Shown: piece by piece, positions 1 through 11,485 of the stretch
How positions within the stretch are numbered: the stretch's first letter is position 1
Layout of the letters: each line of letters begins with the position of its first letter
Source of the DNA: Octopus sinensis
Lineage: Eukaryota
NCBI RefSeq assembly: GCF_006345805.1
Contig: NC_043005.1
Span: 103,602,001-103,666,000, forward strand
Direction: 5' to 3'
Length of the DNA: 64,000 nt
Translations under genes and position numbers: made by a program
The notes under the pieces: model-generated
Databases searched by the model: none
What the model saw: the letters and a program-made list of their open reading frames with translations, nothing else
What the model was told of the DNA's origin: nothing

Positions 1-427
1 CTTTTTTTTACCCCTCTGCGAAAAGATCTCAGAATTTTAATTGATTTGCTTTTCGCGGGAAGGAATTTTTCTTCGAAGTATACGTCTCGCTTTTATCCTT
101 CGAAACGTTTAGTAGATGAAATCTTAGCGACTGAAGAAGGGGATTTTTCGTTGTGCTTATTGTCCTGTATCTCTCCCTTTTTTGCTTGTCTTGTTCCTTG
201 GTTTGTGTCTATGTGTTTCGTCTCTCTATGTGTTCGACGTCTTTTTGTGTCCTGTACACATATATGCGTGTATATGTACATGTAGAGGTAGGTACGTACA
301 TATATGTTATATATATGCATATATTCTATTTTATTAACATATATATATATATATATATATAGGTATATATATATAGGTATATATATACCTCTATATATAT
401 ATATATTTATATACCTATATATATATA

Positions 428-1272
428 CTAGCAGAATTGCCCGGCGTTGCTCGGGGCTGAATTGCTTGAAAGTACTGTTAATGATTGCACTGAATTATGA
501 TGATTATTCAGGCAAATATTGATATAAGTTGACGGTGGGAGATAAGGACTTAACGATCAAACGTGTGCCATTGCATTGTTTTGGGGGAACCAAATTTCTG
601 ATGAGCATTATAGGGGCACCAACTTAAGTTTGAGAAAGTGTGGTGGTAGTCCGGGTGCTCAAAGGAATTGAGTACCTCTATTGGATAGTTGATGACGTCC
701 TCTGGGTCAGGAGTTGTATCAATAGACTGATATACATAGACTTCCCCAGGAATGAGTTTTAGCATTTCATCATTAATATGGTGAACAGTTTTATTCCTCG
801 GGGCCAGTATAGCCTTTTTGCCAATCCAATCCATATTCTGATAATTAGATTGTAGATCTGGGAACACTGCATCTCTGAGATCAGAAGGCGTCTTAACAAT
901 GGTACAAATGGAATCGATGGCACTATTACCATTTTCATCCCCTGGTATTTTGCCTTCGCCAAGTGCAAGGAGGGTGTGAGGAAATGCTGCCGATGTGATA
1001 TTACGTCGCATATGAGCACGCATATTGGTGTGAAGTTTGAGAGTTACTTCCCTTTATTTAAAAAAAATATGCATTAAAATGGAAAAAATGATGGTAAATT
1101 ATTTGTAAAATTATAGACTCATCGTAGACGCGTGCTAATACCCAGAAGGGCTCGATATGAATCTCGACTATAAGATACCCGGTTTTGGTTAAACTGCATC
1201 GCAAAATGTGGGAGTAGTTAGGAATCTAAATCGGAGTAGACAGACACACAACCTTTCTTTTATATATAAATA
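428..1272 (-). mobile_element. Helitron deletion derivative (family A 5' end, PIF1 helicase fragment, 3' hairpin and CTAG)
   Basis: Minus-strand 3' end cccg-agcaacgc-cggg hairpin then ttctgCTAG|T at 428. 1024-1272 matches the 5' part of copies at 20195, 26980 and 53844; the 5' TC is mutated to TA. Confidence 0.9.
540..1015 (-). pseudogene. Helitron RepHel PIF1-like helicase C-terminal fragment with two frameshifts
   Basis: Reads KAILAPRNKTVHHINDEMLKLIPGEVYVYQSID...NYPIEVLNS, then across frameshifts GLPPHFLKLK / VGAPIMLIRNLVPPKQCNGTRLIVKSL; these are typical PIF1/Helitron helicase motifs. Confidence 0.9.
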
Positions 1273-2660
1273 TTTTCGTCCTAAAAAACTTTGTATGGAT
1301 TGAATGGTTACCTCTATGGAAATATATACACGCACATTATACATACATGTGTGTATAGATGAATATATAAATACATTTAAATATCTATATACACTTTTGG
1401 GCGATCATTCTGTTTCTTAGAGATAACTTTAGATCTTATTTTCGTCCTAAAAAACTTTGTGCGGAGTGAATGGTTACGTCTATAGAAATATATACACACA
1501 CATTATACATACATCTGTGTATAGATGAATATATAAATACATTTAAATATCTATATACACTTTTGGGCGATCTCTCTGCTACTTGGATATAGGTCTTATA
1601 TTCGTCCTAAAAAACTTTCCTGTCACACACTCATGCACACACACACACACGCACCCTCACACACATACACACACGCTTACAATTTTATTTATATATTTGC
1701 GTGTCTATGTGTGTAAAGAGGAAGTGGGAGGCAGAGTGAAAGAGTCACTCACTACAGAAAGTGAATTACTTTCACGTTAATCGTTGCACACTGTGTGTGT
1801 GCGTTTGCGTGTGCTGTATCCCACACTAAGAGAAGCATTTGACTCATACACCACAATGTGAGTTTTCTCTAAATTTTGCTTAATTGGGGTTGAAATTTTA
1901 AAAAGTGGACCTGGCACGACCCGATGCATTCTACTCTTAAAAATGCTAGGTAAATTGTAATTGAAGAATTCCTATATTGTAGATTTCTATAAGATAAAAA
2001 GGGAGATGGATTGAATGGTTACCTCTATGGAAATATATACACACACGTTATACATACATGTGTGCATAGATGAATATATAAATACATTTATATATCTATA
2101 TACACTTTTGGGCGATCTTTGTGCTACTTAGAGATAACTTTAGATCTTATTTTCGTCCTAAAAAACTTTGTGCGGAGTGAATGGTTACGTCTATAGAAAT
2201 ATATACACACACATTATACATACATCTGTGTATAGATGAATATATAAATACATTTAAATATCTATATACACTTTTGGGCGATCTTTCTGCTACTTGTAAT
2301 ACTTTAGATCCTATATTCGTCCTAAAAAACTTTGTATGGAGTGAAAGGTTACTCTATGGAAATATATACATACACATTATAACATACATCTGTGTATAGA
2401 TGAATAATAAATACATTTAAATATCTATATACACTTTTGGGCGATCTTTCTGCTACTTGTATATACTTTAGATCCTATATTCGTCCTAAAAAACTTTGTA
2501 TGGAATGAAAGGTTACCTCTATGGAAATATATACACACACATTATACATACATCTGTGTATAGATGAATATATAAATACATTTAAATATCTATATACACT
2601 TTTGGGCGATCTTTCTGCTACTTGGATATAGGTCTTATATTCGTCGTAAAAAACTTTCCT
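1273..2660. repeat. ~160-166 bp tandem satellite array interrupted by a ~390 bp block
   Basis: Marker ttcgtc(c/g)taaaaaac recurs at about 1275, 1441, 1601, 2152, 2316, 2480 and 2640. Block 1618-2005 is duplicated at 2657-3066. Confidence 0.9.
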
Positions 2661-3097
2661 GTCACACACTCACGCACACGCACACACACACGCACCCTCA
2701 CACACACGCACACACACACACACACACGCACGTTAGCTTACAATTTTATTTATATATTTGCGTGTCTATGTGTGTAAAGAGGAAGTGGGAGGCAGAGTGA
2801 AAGAGTCACTCACTACAGAAAGTGAATTACTTTCATTTTATTCGTTGCACACTGTGTGTGTGCGTTTGCGTGTGCTGTATCCCACACTAAGAGAAGCATT
2901 TGACTCATACACCACAATGTGAGTTTTCTCTAAATTTTGCTTAATTGGGGTTGAAATTTTAAAAAGTGAACCTGGCATGACCCAATGCATTATACTCTTA
3001 AAAATGCTAGGTAAATTGTAATTGAAGGAATCCTATATTGTAGATTTCTATAAGATACAAAGGGAGGCAGATAAAATCTGCCTTTTATAATAAGAGA
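2657..3097 (-). mobile_element. Probable Helitron 5' end (family C)
   Basis: Minus strand starts A|TCTCTTATTATAAAAGGCAG, resembling the TC(T/A)TATATAAA starts of the other Helitrons here. Subterminal hairpin GGCAGAT-AAA-ATCTGCC at 3066-3082. Confidence 0.55.
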
Positions 3098-3109
3098 TAT
3101 ATATATACC

Positions 3110-3143
<34 letters not shown>

Positions 3144-3247
3144 CCTATATATAATATATATAATATACTATATATATACCTATATATATATATATATATA
3201 TATACATATATACCTATATATATATATATATATATATATAACATATA

Positions 3248-3283
<36 letters not shown>

Positions 3284-3291
3284 CATATATA

Positions 3292-3332
<41 letters not shown>

Positions 3333-3355
3333 TATATATATACCTATATATTATA

Positions 3356-3392
<37 letters not shown>

Positions 3393-3419
3393 TATATACC
3401 TATATATATACCTATATAG

Positions 3420-3464
<45 letters not shown>

Positions 3465-3707
3465 ATATAGATATATGTATATGCATGCACGCATGTATAT
3501 GTATGTATGTAGTTGGATTTACAAAAAACAAAAGACAAAGACAAGTGTGTAAGAAACAAACAGGTGTATTAGTTCAACGCTCAGGAAGGTGAAAAAGTCT
3601 TGACATTTCAAGCCTATGCTCTTCAACAGGAATGAACCCAAGAAAATAAAGAGACAGAAAGAAAATAAAAAAAGAAAGCTTCACTAGCTAGCGGTCAATC
3701 ATGTATC

Positions 3708-3747
<40 letters not shown>

Positions 3748-3759
3748 TGTATGTATGTA

Positions 3760-3825
<66 letters not shown>

Positions 3826-3938
3826 ATATGTATGTATGTATATATATATGTGTGTGTGTGTACGTATGTACTTATGTATATATATGTGTGTGTGTATGTA
3901 TATATATATATATATATGTGTATGTATGTATATATATA

Positions 3939-3993
<55 letters not shown>

Positions 3994-4020
3994 GTATACA
4001 TATATAATTGTATACATATA
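3098..4020. repeat. Long (TA)n / (TATG)n microsatellite tracts
   Basis: Direct inspection; interrupted by a Penelope-like fragment at 3510-3690. Confidence 0.95.
3510..3690 (-). mobile_element. Penelope-like terminal repeat fragment with degenerate variant hammerhead motif
   Basis: Homologous to 14783-14945, 24262-24440 and 60735-60870. Minus strand 3597-3635 reads CUGUUGAA-GAGC AUAG GCUU-GAAA-UGU-C-AAGAC. The Penelope assignment is inferred from the motif. Confidence 0.5.
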
Positions 4021-4703
4021 TAACATACAAGCACAGCCATATATAAGTATAAATTGACCAGATAAGATAAAAGAAGCGCAAGAACGGATGTTTATATATA
4101 TATATATATATATATCTACTGTTTATATTCTGACCCCATATCTTGAGGGCATGCCCTTCCAATTTGGCACCACTTATCTTTCACAGCTCTTCTCTACCTT
4201 CCCATCTATATTTTGATTGCCATTCCTTGTGAGCATACTCTGGCTATTCGCCATGATCTCTCTCCTGCTCTCTTGCTCTTTTCCACTCTCCCTCTTTCTC
4301 TTACTCTCTTCCTGTAGCTCTATCTCTCAGACTGGTTAATCATGTATCTCCTCTACAGCAACACACCTGTTACAGGCCTCAATCTTGACCACTCCTTCTC
4401 TGTCTCTCTCTCTCTCTCTGACCGAGTAACCATGTATCTCTTGTACAGCAAGACATCTCTTTCTGTCTCTCTCTATCACACTCTAACCTTTCATCATCTG
4501 GCACAAGATCACTTCCAATTCCGGCTCCCTTCTCAAAGGATTTTCAACTGGCAAGTTACCTGGTCATCCTGCCAGTGCTGGAGTAGTTGGTGTTATGAAG
4601 GGCATCCAGCCATGAAAACCATGCCTAGCCAGCTCCTGTCAAGCAGTCCAACTCATGCCATCTTGATAACAACAATAATATGTACTTGTATGTATGTATG
4701 TGT

Positions 4704-4987
4704 GGAGGCGCAATGGCCCAGTGGTTAGGGCAGTGGACTCGCGGTTTCAATTCCCAGACCGGGCATTGTATGTGTTTATTGAGCGAAAACACCTAAAGCT
4801 CCACGAGACTCCGGCAGGGGGTGGTGGCGATCCCTGCTGTACTCTTTCGCTGCAACTTTCTCTCACTCTTTCTTCTGTTGACCTGCTCGCTTAGCCAGCG
4901 GGGTGGCGTCATTTGAAGGCTAAAACAATGCGAAGCGCATTGTGACCAGCGATGTGTAGCAACATCTGATAGCCTGGTCGGTCACGT
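4704..4987 (+). mobile_element. tRNA-derived SINE (family C: head, body 1, tail X)
   Basis: Head ggaggcgcaatggcccagtggttagggcag...gtttcaattccc with A/B-box-like motifs; body shared with 6945 and 10938. Confidence 0.8.
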
Positions 4988-5070
4988 AATGTATGTATGT
5001 ACATAAATATAGATTATACTTTATATAGACAGACAGACAGACAGACAGATAGACAGACAGACAGACAGAC

Positions 5071-5113
<43 letters not shown>

Positions 5114-5486
5114 CAGACAGATAGATAGATATACATACACACACATATATATACATCCATATATTTGTATATACATTTAAATAGTATAAATTCAATGAAG
5201 AATAGAATGTAGAACCAGGAGAAGGAGCTAAGTTTGACCATCAAAATTTTTTGTATCCTATTGGATATATATAATATAACAAAGCAGGGGAATGGAGAGT
5301 ATCTACACAATGTACTACTATTACTGTTACACGTGACACAACGCTCTGAGTCATGGTCACAGTGAACTGCTAGCAACCCAAACTGTCAATCACTCATACT
5401 TCTATACTTTATAGTAATGAGTCAGTCACCTGAGAGGTGGTCAGAACCCGTCTACAATAAAAATATTAGCTGAATGCTTTAAAGCA

Positions 5487-5969
5487 AAGGCGGCGAGCTG
5501 GCAGAAACGTTAGCACGCTGGACGAAATGCTTAGCGGTATTTCGTCTGCCATTATGTTCTGAGTTCAAATTCCGACGAGGTCTACTTTGCCTTTCATCCT
5601 TTCAGGGTCGATAAATTAAGTACCTATTTCTTTACTACCCACAAGGGGCTAAACACAAAGAGGACAAACAAGGACAGACAAATGGACTAAGTCGATTATA
5701 TCAACCCCAGTGCGTAACTGGTACTTATTTATTCGACCCCGAAAGGATGAAAGGCAAAGTCGACCTCGGCGGAATTTGAACTCAGAACGTAACGGCAGAT
5801 GAAATACCGCAAAGCATTTCGCCTGGCGTGCTAACGGTTCTGCCAGCTCGCCGCCTTCTATAAATTAAGTACCAGTTACGCACAGGGGTCAATGTAATCG
5901 ACTTAATCCTTTTGTCTGTCCTTGTTTGTCCTCTCTATGTTTTAGCCCCTTATGGGTAGTAAAGAAATA
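5487..5969 (+). mobile_element. SINE family B containing an inverted SINE-B insertion
   Basis: Head aaggcggcgagctggcagaaacgttagca, B-box gagttcaaattcc. Outer TSD tgaatgctttaa at 5471-5482 and 5970-5981. Confidence 0.9.
5625..5857 (-). mobile_element. Full-length SINE-B nested in SINE-B
   Basis: 14-bp TSD ataaattaagtacc at 5611-5624 and 5860-5873. Confidence 0.9.
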
Positions 5970-6334
5970 TGAATGCTTTAATGCTTTGAATTTTTGGCAC
6001 AAGGAGGCCTCTTAATACTTTAGCGAAGAGAGAAAGTATCTAAACATTCTCAGATATGGGTCCTACACCAAAAAGGAAAAAAAGTAGAAAAAAAAAGAAA
6101 CGAAAAAAGAGAGAATCAATGAGCAAAAGAAGGAGAGTGATAGTAAGAGTATAAAAAAAAATGAACAAACAGAAACCAGATGGGATATATACCGTATGCA
6201 AGAGAGTTCAGAAAAAATGGGGAGGCATGTAGATAAATAAATATACCTGCATTCATATATCCTTAAATCCTTAAAAATGTTTTAGCCCAAAGGCCGCGGC
6301 CATGCTGGGGCACCACCGCTGAAAACAAAAGGGA

Positions 6335-6448
6335 AGGCTTACAGCACCTAGGTTTCCCCAGCGGTCACCCATCTAAGTACTAACTAGGCTCGATGTTGCT
6401 TAACTTCGGTGATCGGACAAGACCCGGTGCTTTCAATGTGATAAGGTT
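6335..6448 (-). pseudogene. 5S rRNA pseudogene (solitary, slightly 5'-truncated)
   Basis: Reverse complement reads atcacattgaaagcaccgggtcttgtccgatcaccgaagttaagcaacatcgagcctagttagtacttagatgggtgaccgctggggaaacctaggtgctgtaagcc, closely matching metazoan 5S with several substitutions. Not in a tandem array. Confidence 0.85.
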
Positions 6449-6944
6449 ACATTTACATAAATAGATATATCGTCTTTTATTTTTTACTTGTTTCAGTCAA
6501 TAGACTGTGGCCATGCTGGAACACTACTACGAAGAATTTTAATCAAACAAATCAACCCCAGTACTTAATTCTTTTGAAAGCCTCACACTTATTCTATTGG
6601 TCGCATTTGTTGAACTGCTGAGTAAACACACACACACCTATAGTCAAACCAAACATTAAAAAGAACAAATAACAAAACAATAAAAGGAAGTAATTTATTA
6701 GCTTGACACTCAGTGAAGGTGTGGGAAAGAGTGGGTTGTTTGCATTTCAAGCATAGCTCCTTGTCAGAAAGAGGAGAAAGGAAAGGTCCAGAATAGGAAA
6801 AAAAAGTCCAGGAAAAGCACGTGTGTATGTATGTGTCTTGTTAACCTCTTGAAGGGATGCTTGCATCCAAGAAAATACTGGTTCAATACCTAGTATTGTT
6901 GGGGAATGAAATTCCCTTAAAACAATGGGTATGTATTAAGCAAG

Positions 6945-7255
6945 TGGAGGCACATGGCCTAGTGGTTAGAGCAGCGGACATGCAATTGTGGGATCGTGGG
7001 TTCGAATCTCAGACCGGGCGATGTGTGTGCTTATGAGTGAAACACCTAAGCTCCACACGGCTCTGGCAGAAGGTAATAGTGAACTTCTGCTGACTCTTTT
7101 GCCACAACTTTCTCTCACTCTTTCCTCCTGCATCTTGCAGCTCACCTGTGACAGACCGGTGTCCTGTCCAGGTGGGGAACCTATACGCCAAGGAAACTGG
7201 CAAATCGGCCCTTATGAGCCAGGTGTGGCTCAAGAAGGAATAAACAACAACAACA
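6945..7255 (+). mobile_element. tRNA-derived SINE (family C: head, body 1, tail Y ending in (AAC)n)
   Basis: Head ggaggcacatggcctagtggttagagcag...ggttcgaatctc; tail shared with 39385-39630. Confidence 0.8.
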
Positions 7256-7308
7256 TATCAAGCATACAGTTTATATCGAGTTAAAAGAAAATTATTTATT
7301 ATTAACAA

Positions 7309-7560
7309 ATTGGTCATCTTCGCTTCTTTCAGCCATTTCAATTAATACTCAATAATTTAATTACAAATTTGTACATTAAATTTGCATTAATGTGACATGA
7401 GCATAATTTCATCAGAGAAAAAACAAATGATGTACCTTGCGATATTATATTTGGACCTGTCAACTTGCTCATGTCACATAAATGCACATTTAATGTACAA
7501 ATTTGTAATTAAATTAATAAGTATTAATTGAAATGGCTGAAAGAAGTGAAGATGACCAAT
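7309..7560. mobile_element. MITE with ~95-bp terminal inverted repeats
   Basis: attggtcatcttcgcttctttcagcc...gtgacatgagca (7309-7403) is inverted at 7466-7560 with few mismatches; 62-bp spacer. Confidence 0.8.
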
Positions 7561-8004
7561 AGGGTCATATGTGTGTGTGTATTCACTTTTCATGTGAAAA
7601 CAGCTACGCAAATTGCTTCCATACTTGGGATGCATGAATAATTTGACCTTGGAAACATAACAGGGTCTTCAGCTTATTCTTTTTATTAAAAATAAATAAT
7701 ATTGCTTTATATATAGGATTCACTTCTTTAAAAAGATTTCTCAATGTTAACTTCTGGTATTGATGTAGCAATGGCGAAATTTTCTGTTTCCATTTGCGAA
7801 ATATCTCACTCTCTATTTTAATGTTTTCATTTCAAGTTTTAATTTGCTATTTGCAAACAACTACGATAAATTACTGAAAGAAATGTTTACTAAGTTCACA
7901 AATTTAAATATTCGGTAAAAGATAGTTTTTAATGAGCTTTCATTTGTACGATTTTTATCATTCCATGTTTATTTCAGTCATCGTTTGCAATATTATCTCT
8001 CCCT

Positions 8005-8040
<36 letters not shown>

Positions 8041-8214
8041 ACACACACTCCAGGTTTAATTTCATTATTACACAAATAGCACATTAGAATGGGGTTCTTC
8101 TGAAGGGTCTCTGGAGTAATTTTACATGACAGGGTCCATAGTTCAGAGATGAGGGAGTTTCTCTAGGTCAATCAGCTACTTCTTTACACTGAGAGATCAC
8201 AGCTCCAGTACTGT

Positions 8215-8430
8215 GGACATGTGATTAGATTGTTGCCGGAAAGAATTACAAGATGGATTGCTCAAGCTGAGCTGAGCCAAGTGGCAGGAGATCTAGGGAC
8301 AAACCAAGAATGAGATGATTATGATTGGATAATATCCATAGTCTCAGTTGGTCATGCAAGGGAATCCAGCTGGAAAGTCTAATGACGATTGCTTCAGATA
8401 GGCCTCAATGGAGATAGCTGAGGACACTAT
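8215..8430 (+). mobile_element. Old RTE-like LINE 3' ORF remnant
   Basis: Homologous to 39700-40200 (cagctcc.gtact.tggacatgtgatt...ggataatatccatagt); degraded QL.Y.GHV motif. Confidence 0.55.
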
Positions 8431-8805
8431 CGAATGATGACTTTCCTTGGAAAAGTGGGCAGAAAAGATGGATGGAACATAAAATTCTATTACATGAGAA
8501 AACCTGTGGATGATCCTTGCAATTAATTCTTGATTATTATGGAAAATAAATTACTACCTGTAAAAGAAAACAGTGTTCAGCATGTATCTCCTTAGCTCGG
8601 TTTTGAAATTATTGTCCAAGCCAGGTCTCATTACTGTGCATAATAGAATTGTTCCAAAGCAAGCTTTGAAACTGGTATTTTAATTCAACCACAGAGTGAT
8701 AATTTCCAAATAATATAAAGATTATAGGCTGTTATTGAGGCTAATTGGCACTTTTGTCAAAAGGCATTTCTGCTGTTGGCAATATCACATTCAAAATAGC
8801 AAAAA

Positions 8806-8847
8806 TTATTTTGACTGTTGGAAACTGTGCTGAGACGGTTTATATGA
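8806..8847 (-). CDS. Tentative terminal coding exon (SYKPSQHSFQQSK*) of the minus-strand host gene
   Basis: Acceptor gttactgattttatccctcag; phase 0 fits the end of exon 10542-10605. No independent support. Confidence 0.2.
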   Translation of the reverse strand, partial: SYKPSQHSFQQSK

Positions 8848-8944
8848 CTGAGGGATAAAATCAGTAACAAAAACCCTGCTTTTAATTCACTGATTTTTAA
8901 ACCCACTTTTGTAGGCATGGTTTCAAATCTGCATGCATAGACAC

Positions 8945-9460
8945 TCATCATCATCATTGTTCGACCGTATTCGAGACAATGGAATTTACTATGTTACGCC
9001 AGACTTCAAGGTCCATCATAGCATAACGGAGGTCCCGTTGCTGGATGCCTGTATCCCTGGAGATTATATCAGGGTAGGAGAGTGTGCACCCTCTGGTATC
9101 GCAAGTAGATGGCTTCCAGAGGAGAAGAGTAGAAATTACCTCGTTTTCAGCTCTACAACAATGTCCAGCAAACTGGACTCTTCTACCTTTCACAAGAGAT
9201 GATACAGGTGGTAATTTCCCATATATTTGTACTTCGGTTGGATGACGCTTCCACGAGAGACTTTGAGGCGAGTGTAAGTTCCATCCAACTGCATCTCAAG
9301 CTTCTTAGATAACGACCAGGTTTCTGAGCCATATACTAGAATTGGTTCGACTGTGGCTTTGAAGATTTTAAGTTTGAAGTCTCTACTTAGATTTGATGAC
9401 CAGATCTTATGCATGTCATTACAGGCTGACCAGGCCATACCCTTTCTAGTTGGAAAATCT
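8945..9460 (-). mobile_element. RTE-clade LINE 3' end (post-RT region, internal deletion, (GAT)n tail)
   Basis: KLKIFKATVEPILVYGSETWSLSKKLEMQLDGTYTRL and RRVQFAGHCCRAENE...TVEQ* followed by gatgatgatga; second copy at 42118-42440. Confidence 0.85.
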
Positions 9461-10028
9461 TTTTCAGATGATGATATGTATGACCCAAGATATTTGCACA
9501 GACACTACGGACAGACACAATGAAGCATTAGTACACATACATCATCAACATCATCATCATTTAGCGTCCGCTTTCTATGCTGGCATGGGTTGGACGGTTC
9601 AACTGGGGTACAAACATAAAAAGGCAGGCACATACTTTAAGTAAACACCAGACCACCCATATAACCATATAATGCTGAAGGCACTAGATCTCATGAAATT
9701 ACTGAAGTTAAGGCACTAACGAACCTGTTTACTAATTAGAAGGGTACAGCTTTAGGAAACCCGTCTGCTGTATTCTCTTCAAAAGGTAGCAAAGAATTCT
9801 TTGTGTGATGGCACAACTTGCAGGAATATCTCACTCCAGTTACATCCTATCATCTTTAAAATTGAAACAACACATGGAAAAATGTAGTCCTAGGTGTACT
9901 GTGCCTCAGAAAAAAAAATAGATGAGAGTGATCTTGGTTGGAACATTTAAGATTATAAGTCTGCTACATAAAGAGTTGATTTGGTGGAGAAAGTGGAGTG
10001 TGTGACTAACATACAACATCAATATCAG

Positions 10029-10372
10029 CATCATCGTTTAGCATCCGTTTTCCATGCTGGCATGGGTTGGAAGTTTGACTGAGGACTGCCAAGCCAGGAG
10101 GCTGCACTAGGTAACAATCTGATTTGGGAAGGTTTCCGCAGATAGACAGCCTTCCTAACACCAACCACTCGAAGAGTGTAGTGGGTGCTTTTTCTGTGCC
10201 ACCGACATGGGAACCAGTCAGGTGGCACTGGTACTGACCATGCTCGAATGATGCTTTTTACATGCCACCAGCACAGGAGCCAGTCAGGTGGCACTGGCAT
10301 TGACCACATTCGAATTTTTTTTTTTTACATGTCACTGGCATCAGTCATGCTTGAATGGTGCCAGTCAGGAGG
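10029..10372 (-). mobile_element. 5'-truncated RTE LINE 3' UTR copy
   Basis: Same tail and repeat units as 11486-11890. Confidence 0.8.
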
Positions 10373-10541
10373 CAGCATTGGCATTTGTCAAGCTCCACAA
10401 CAATAATATGACTACTGCCAATAAAAAAAAATCCTAACATTGGATACACAGATGTAAAAAGAGGGGAGGAAGGAGGAAAAGGAGGAGGACTTCTCTCATT
10501 CTCTCATTGACTTTTAACAATGTACAGTGTCTGCAACTTAC

Positions 10542-10605
10542 CAGTTCTACCTCAGCTGTTGGTTTACATACAACACTGCTTGTCTTGCTAACATCAGCTA
10601 ATACT
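10542..10605 (-). CDS. Candidate internal coding exon, unknown protein ((R)VLADVSKTSSVVCKPTAEVEL)
   Basis: Acceptor tatctatgtttcag, donor CTG|gtaagt. 64 bp with one open frame, phase 2 to phase 0; unique sequence. Confidence 0.55.
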
Positions 10606-10937
10606 CTGAAACATAGATAATATAAGGTAAGTGTCCTATCAAACTGTAGAGGGCTTCATTCTGTAGCACACGGTTAAGGTTTCTTTCCCCATTCTTCACT
10701 CATTCTCTCTCTTTCTCCAATATTTCTCATTCTTTAGATATATATATATAATCTGTTACTGTCAGTTTCATATATGCCATGTGAGTAAAATCTACAACAG
10801 CCATCAGAGAATGGTACCAGTTCCATTATATACAAAGTACATTGTTTAGGGAAGTTTGGTAAATTTTAATGCATACAGTGTAAAGGAGGCAATCACTTAT
10901 TTTTAGTCAATATTTTTAGTCTTAGGTATGGATGGAA

Positions 10938-11317
10938 GCACTCCATCAGTTACGACGACGAGGGTTCCGGTTGATCTGAATCAACGGAACAGCCTGCTCG
11001 TGAAATTAACGTGTAAGTGGCTGAGCACTCCACAGACACGTGCACCTTTAACATAGTTCTCGGGGATATTCAGCGAGACACAGAGAGTGATAAGGCCGGC
11101 CCTTTGAAATACAGGTACAACAGAAACAGGAAGTAAGAGTGAGAGAAAGTTGTGGTGAAAGAGTATAGCAGGGATCACCACCATCCCCTGCCGGAGCCTC
11201 GTGGAGCTTTTAGGTGTTTTCGCTCAATAAACACTCACAATGCCCGGTCTAGGAATCGAAACCGCGATCCTATGACCGCGAGTCCGCTGCCCTAACCACT
11301 GGGCCATTGCGCCTCCA
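10938..11317 (-). mobile_element. Full-length tRNA-derived SINE (family C: head, body 1, tail Z)
   Basis: Head ggaggcgcaatggcccagtggttagggcagcggactcgcgg...tttcgattcc; 3' end gtcgtaactgatggagtgc shared with 26004. Confidence 0.85.
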
Positions 11318-11485
11318 GTCTTAGTTATACCTCATGCACACAGATGTGTACATGTATATTGTTATGGTATATTTCTGTCACATTTGCTTTTCCTAACTTT
11401 CTTGCAGTTGTACCTGTTCGTTATTGGTTTCATTAATGATTGAGAGATGGTTTTTCTGTTTATATGTTACCATGATGTTTGCTTC

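Noticed and set aside
60-175. CUGAAGA and GAAACGU fragments suggesting a hammerhead
   Set aside because: The pieces are in the wrong order and lack matching stems; at most a decayed Penelope-like fragment.
1273-2660. Regular repeats as a possible CRISPR array
   Set aside because: Units are full tandem copies without unique spacers, in eukaryotic context, with no cas genes.
11240-11317. tRNA gene
   Set aside because: A tRNA-like SINE head continuing into the SINE body; no complete acceptor stem.
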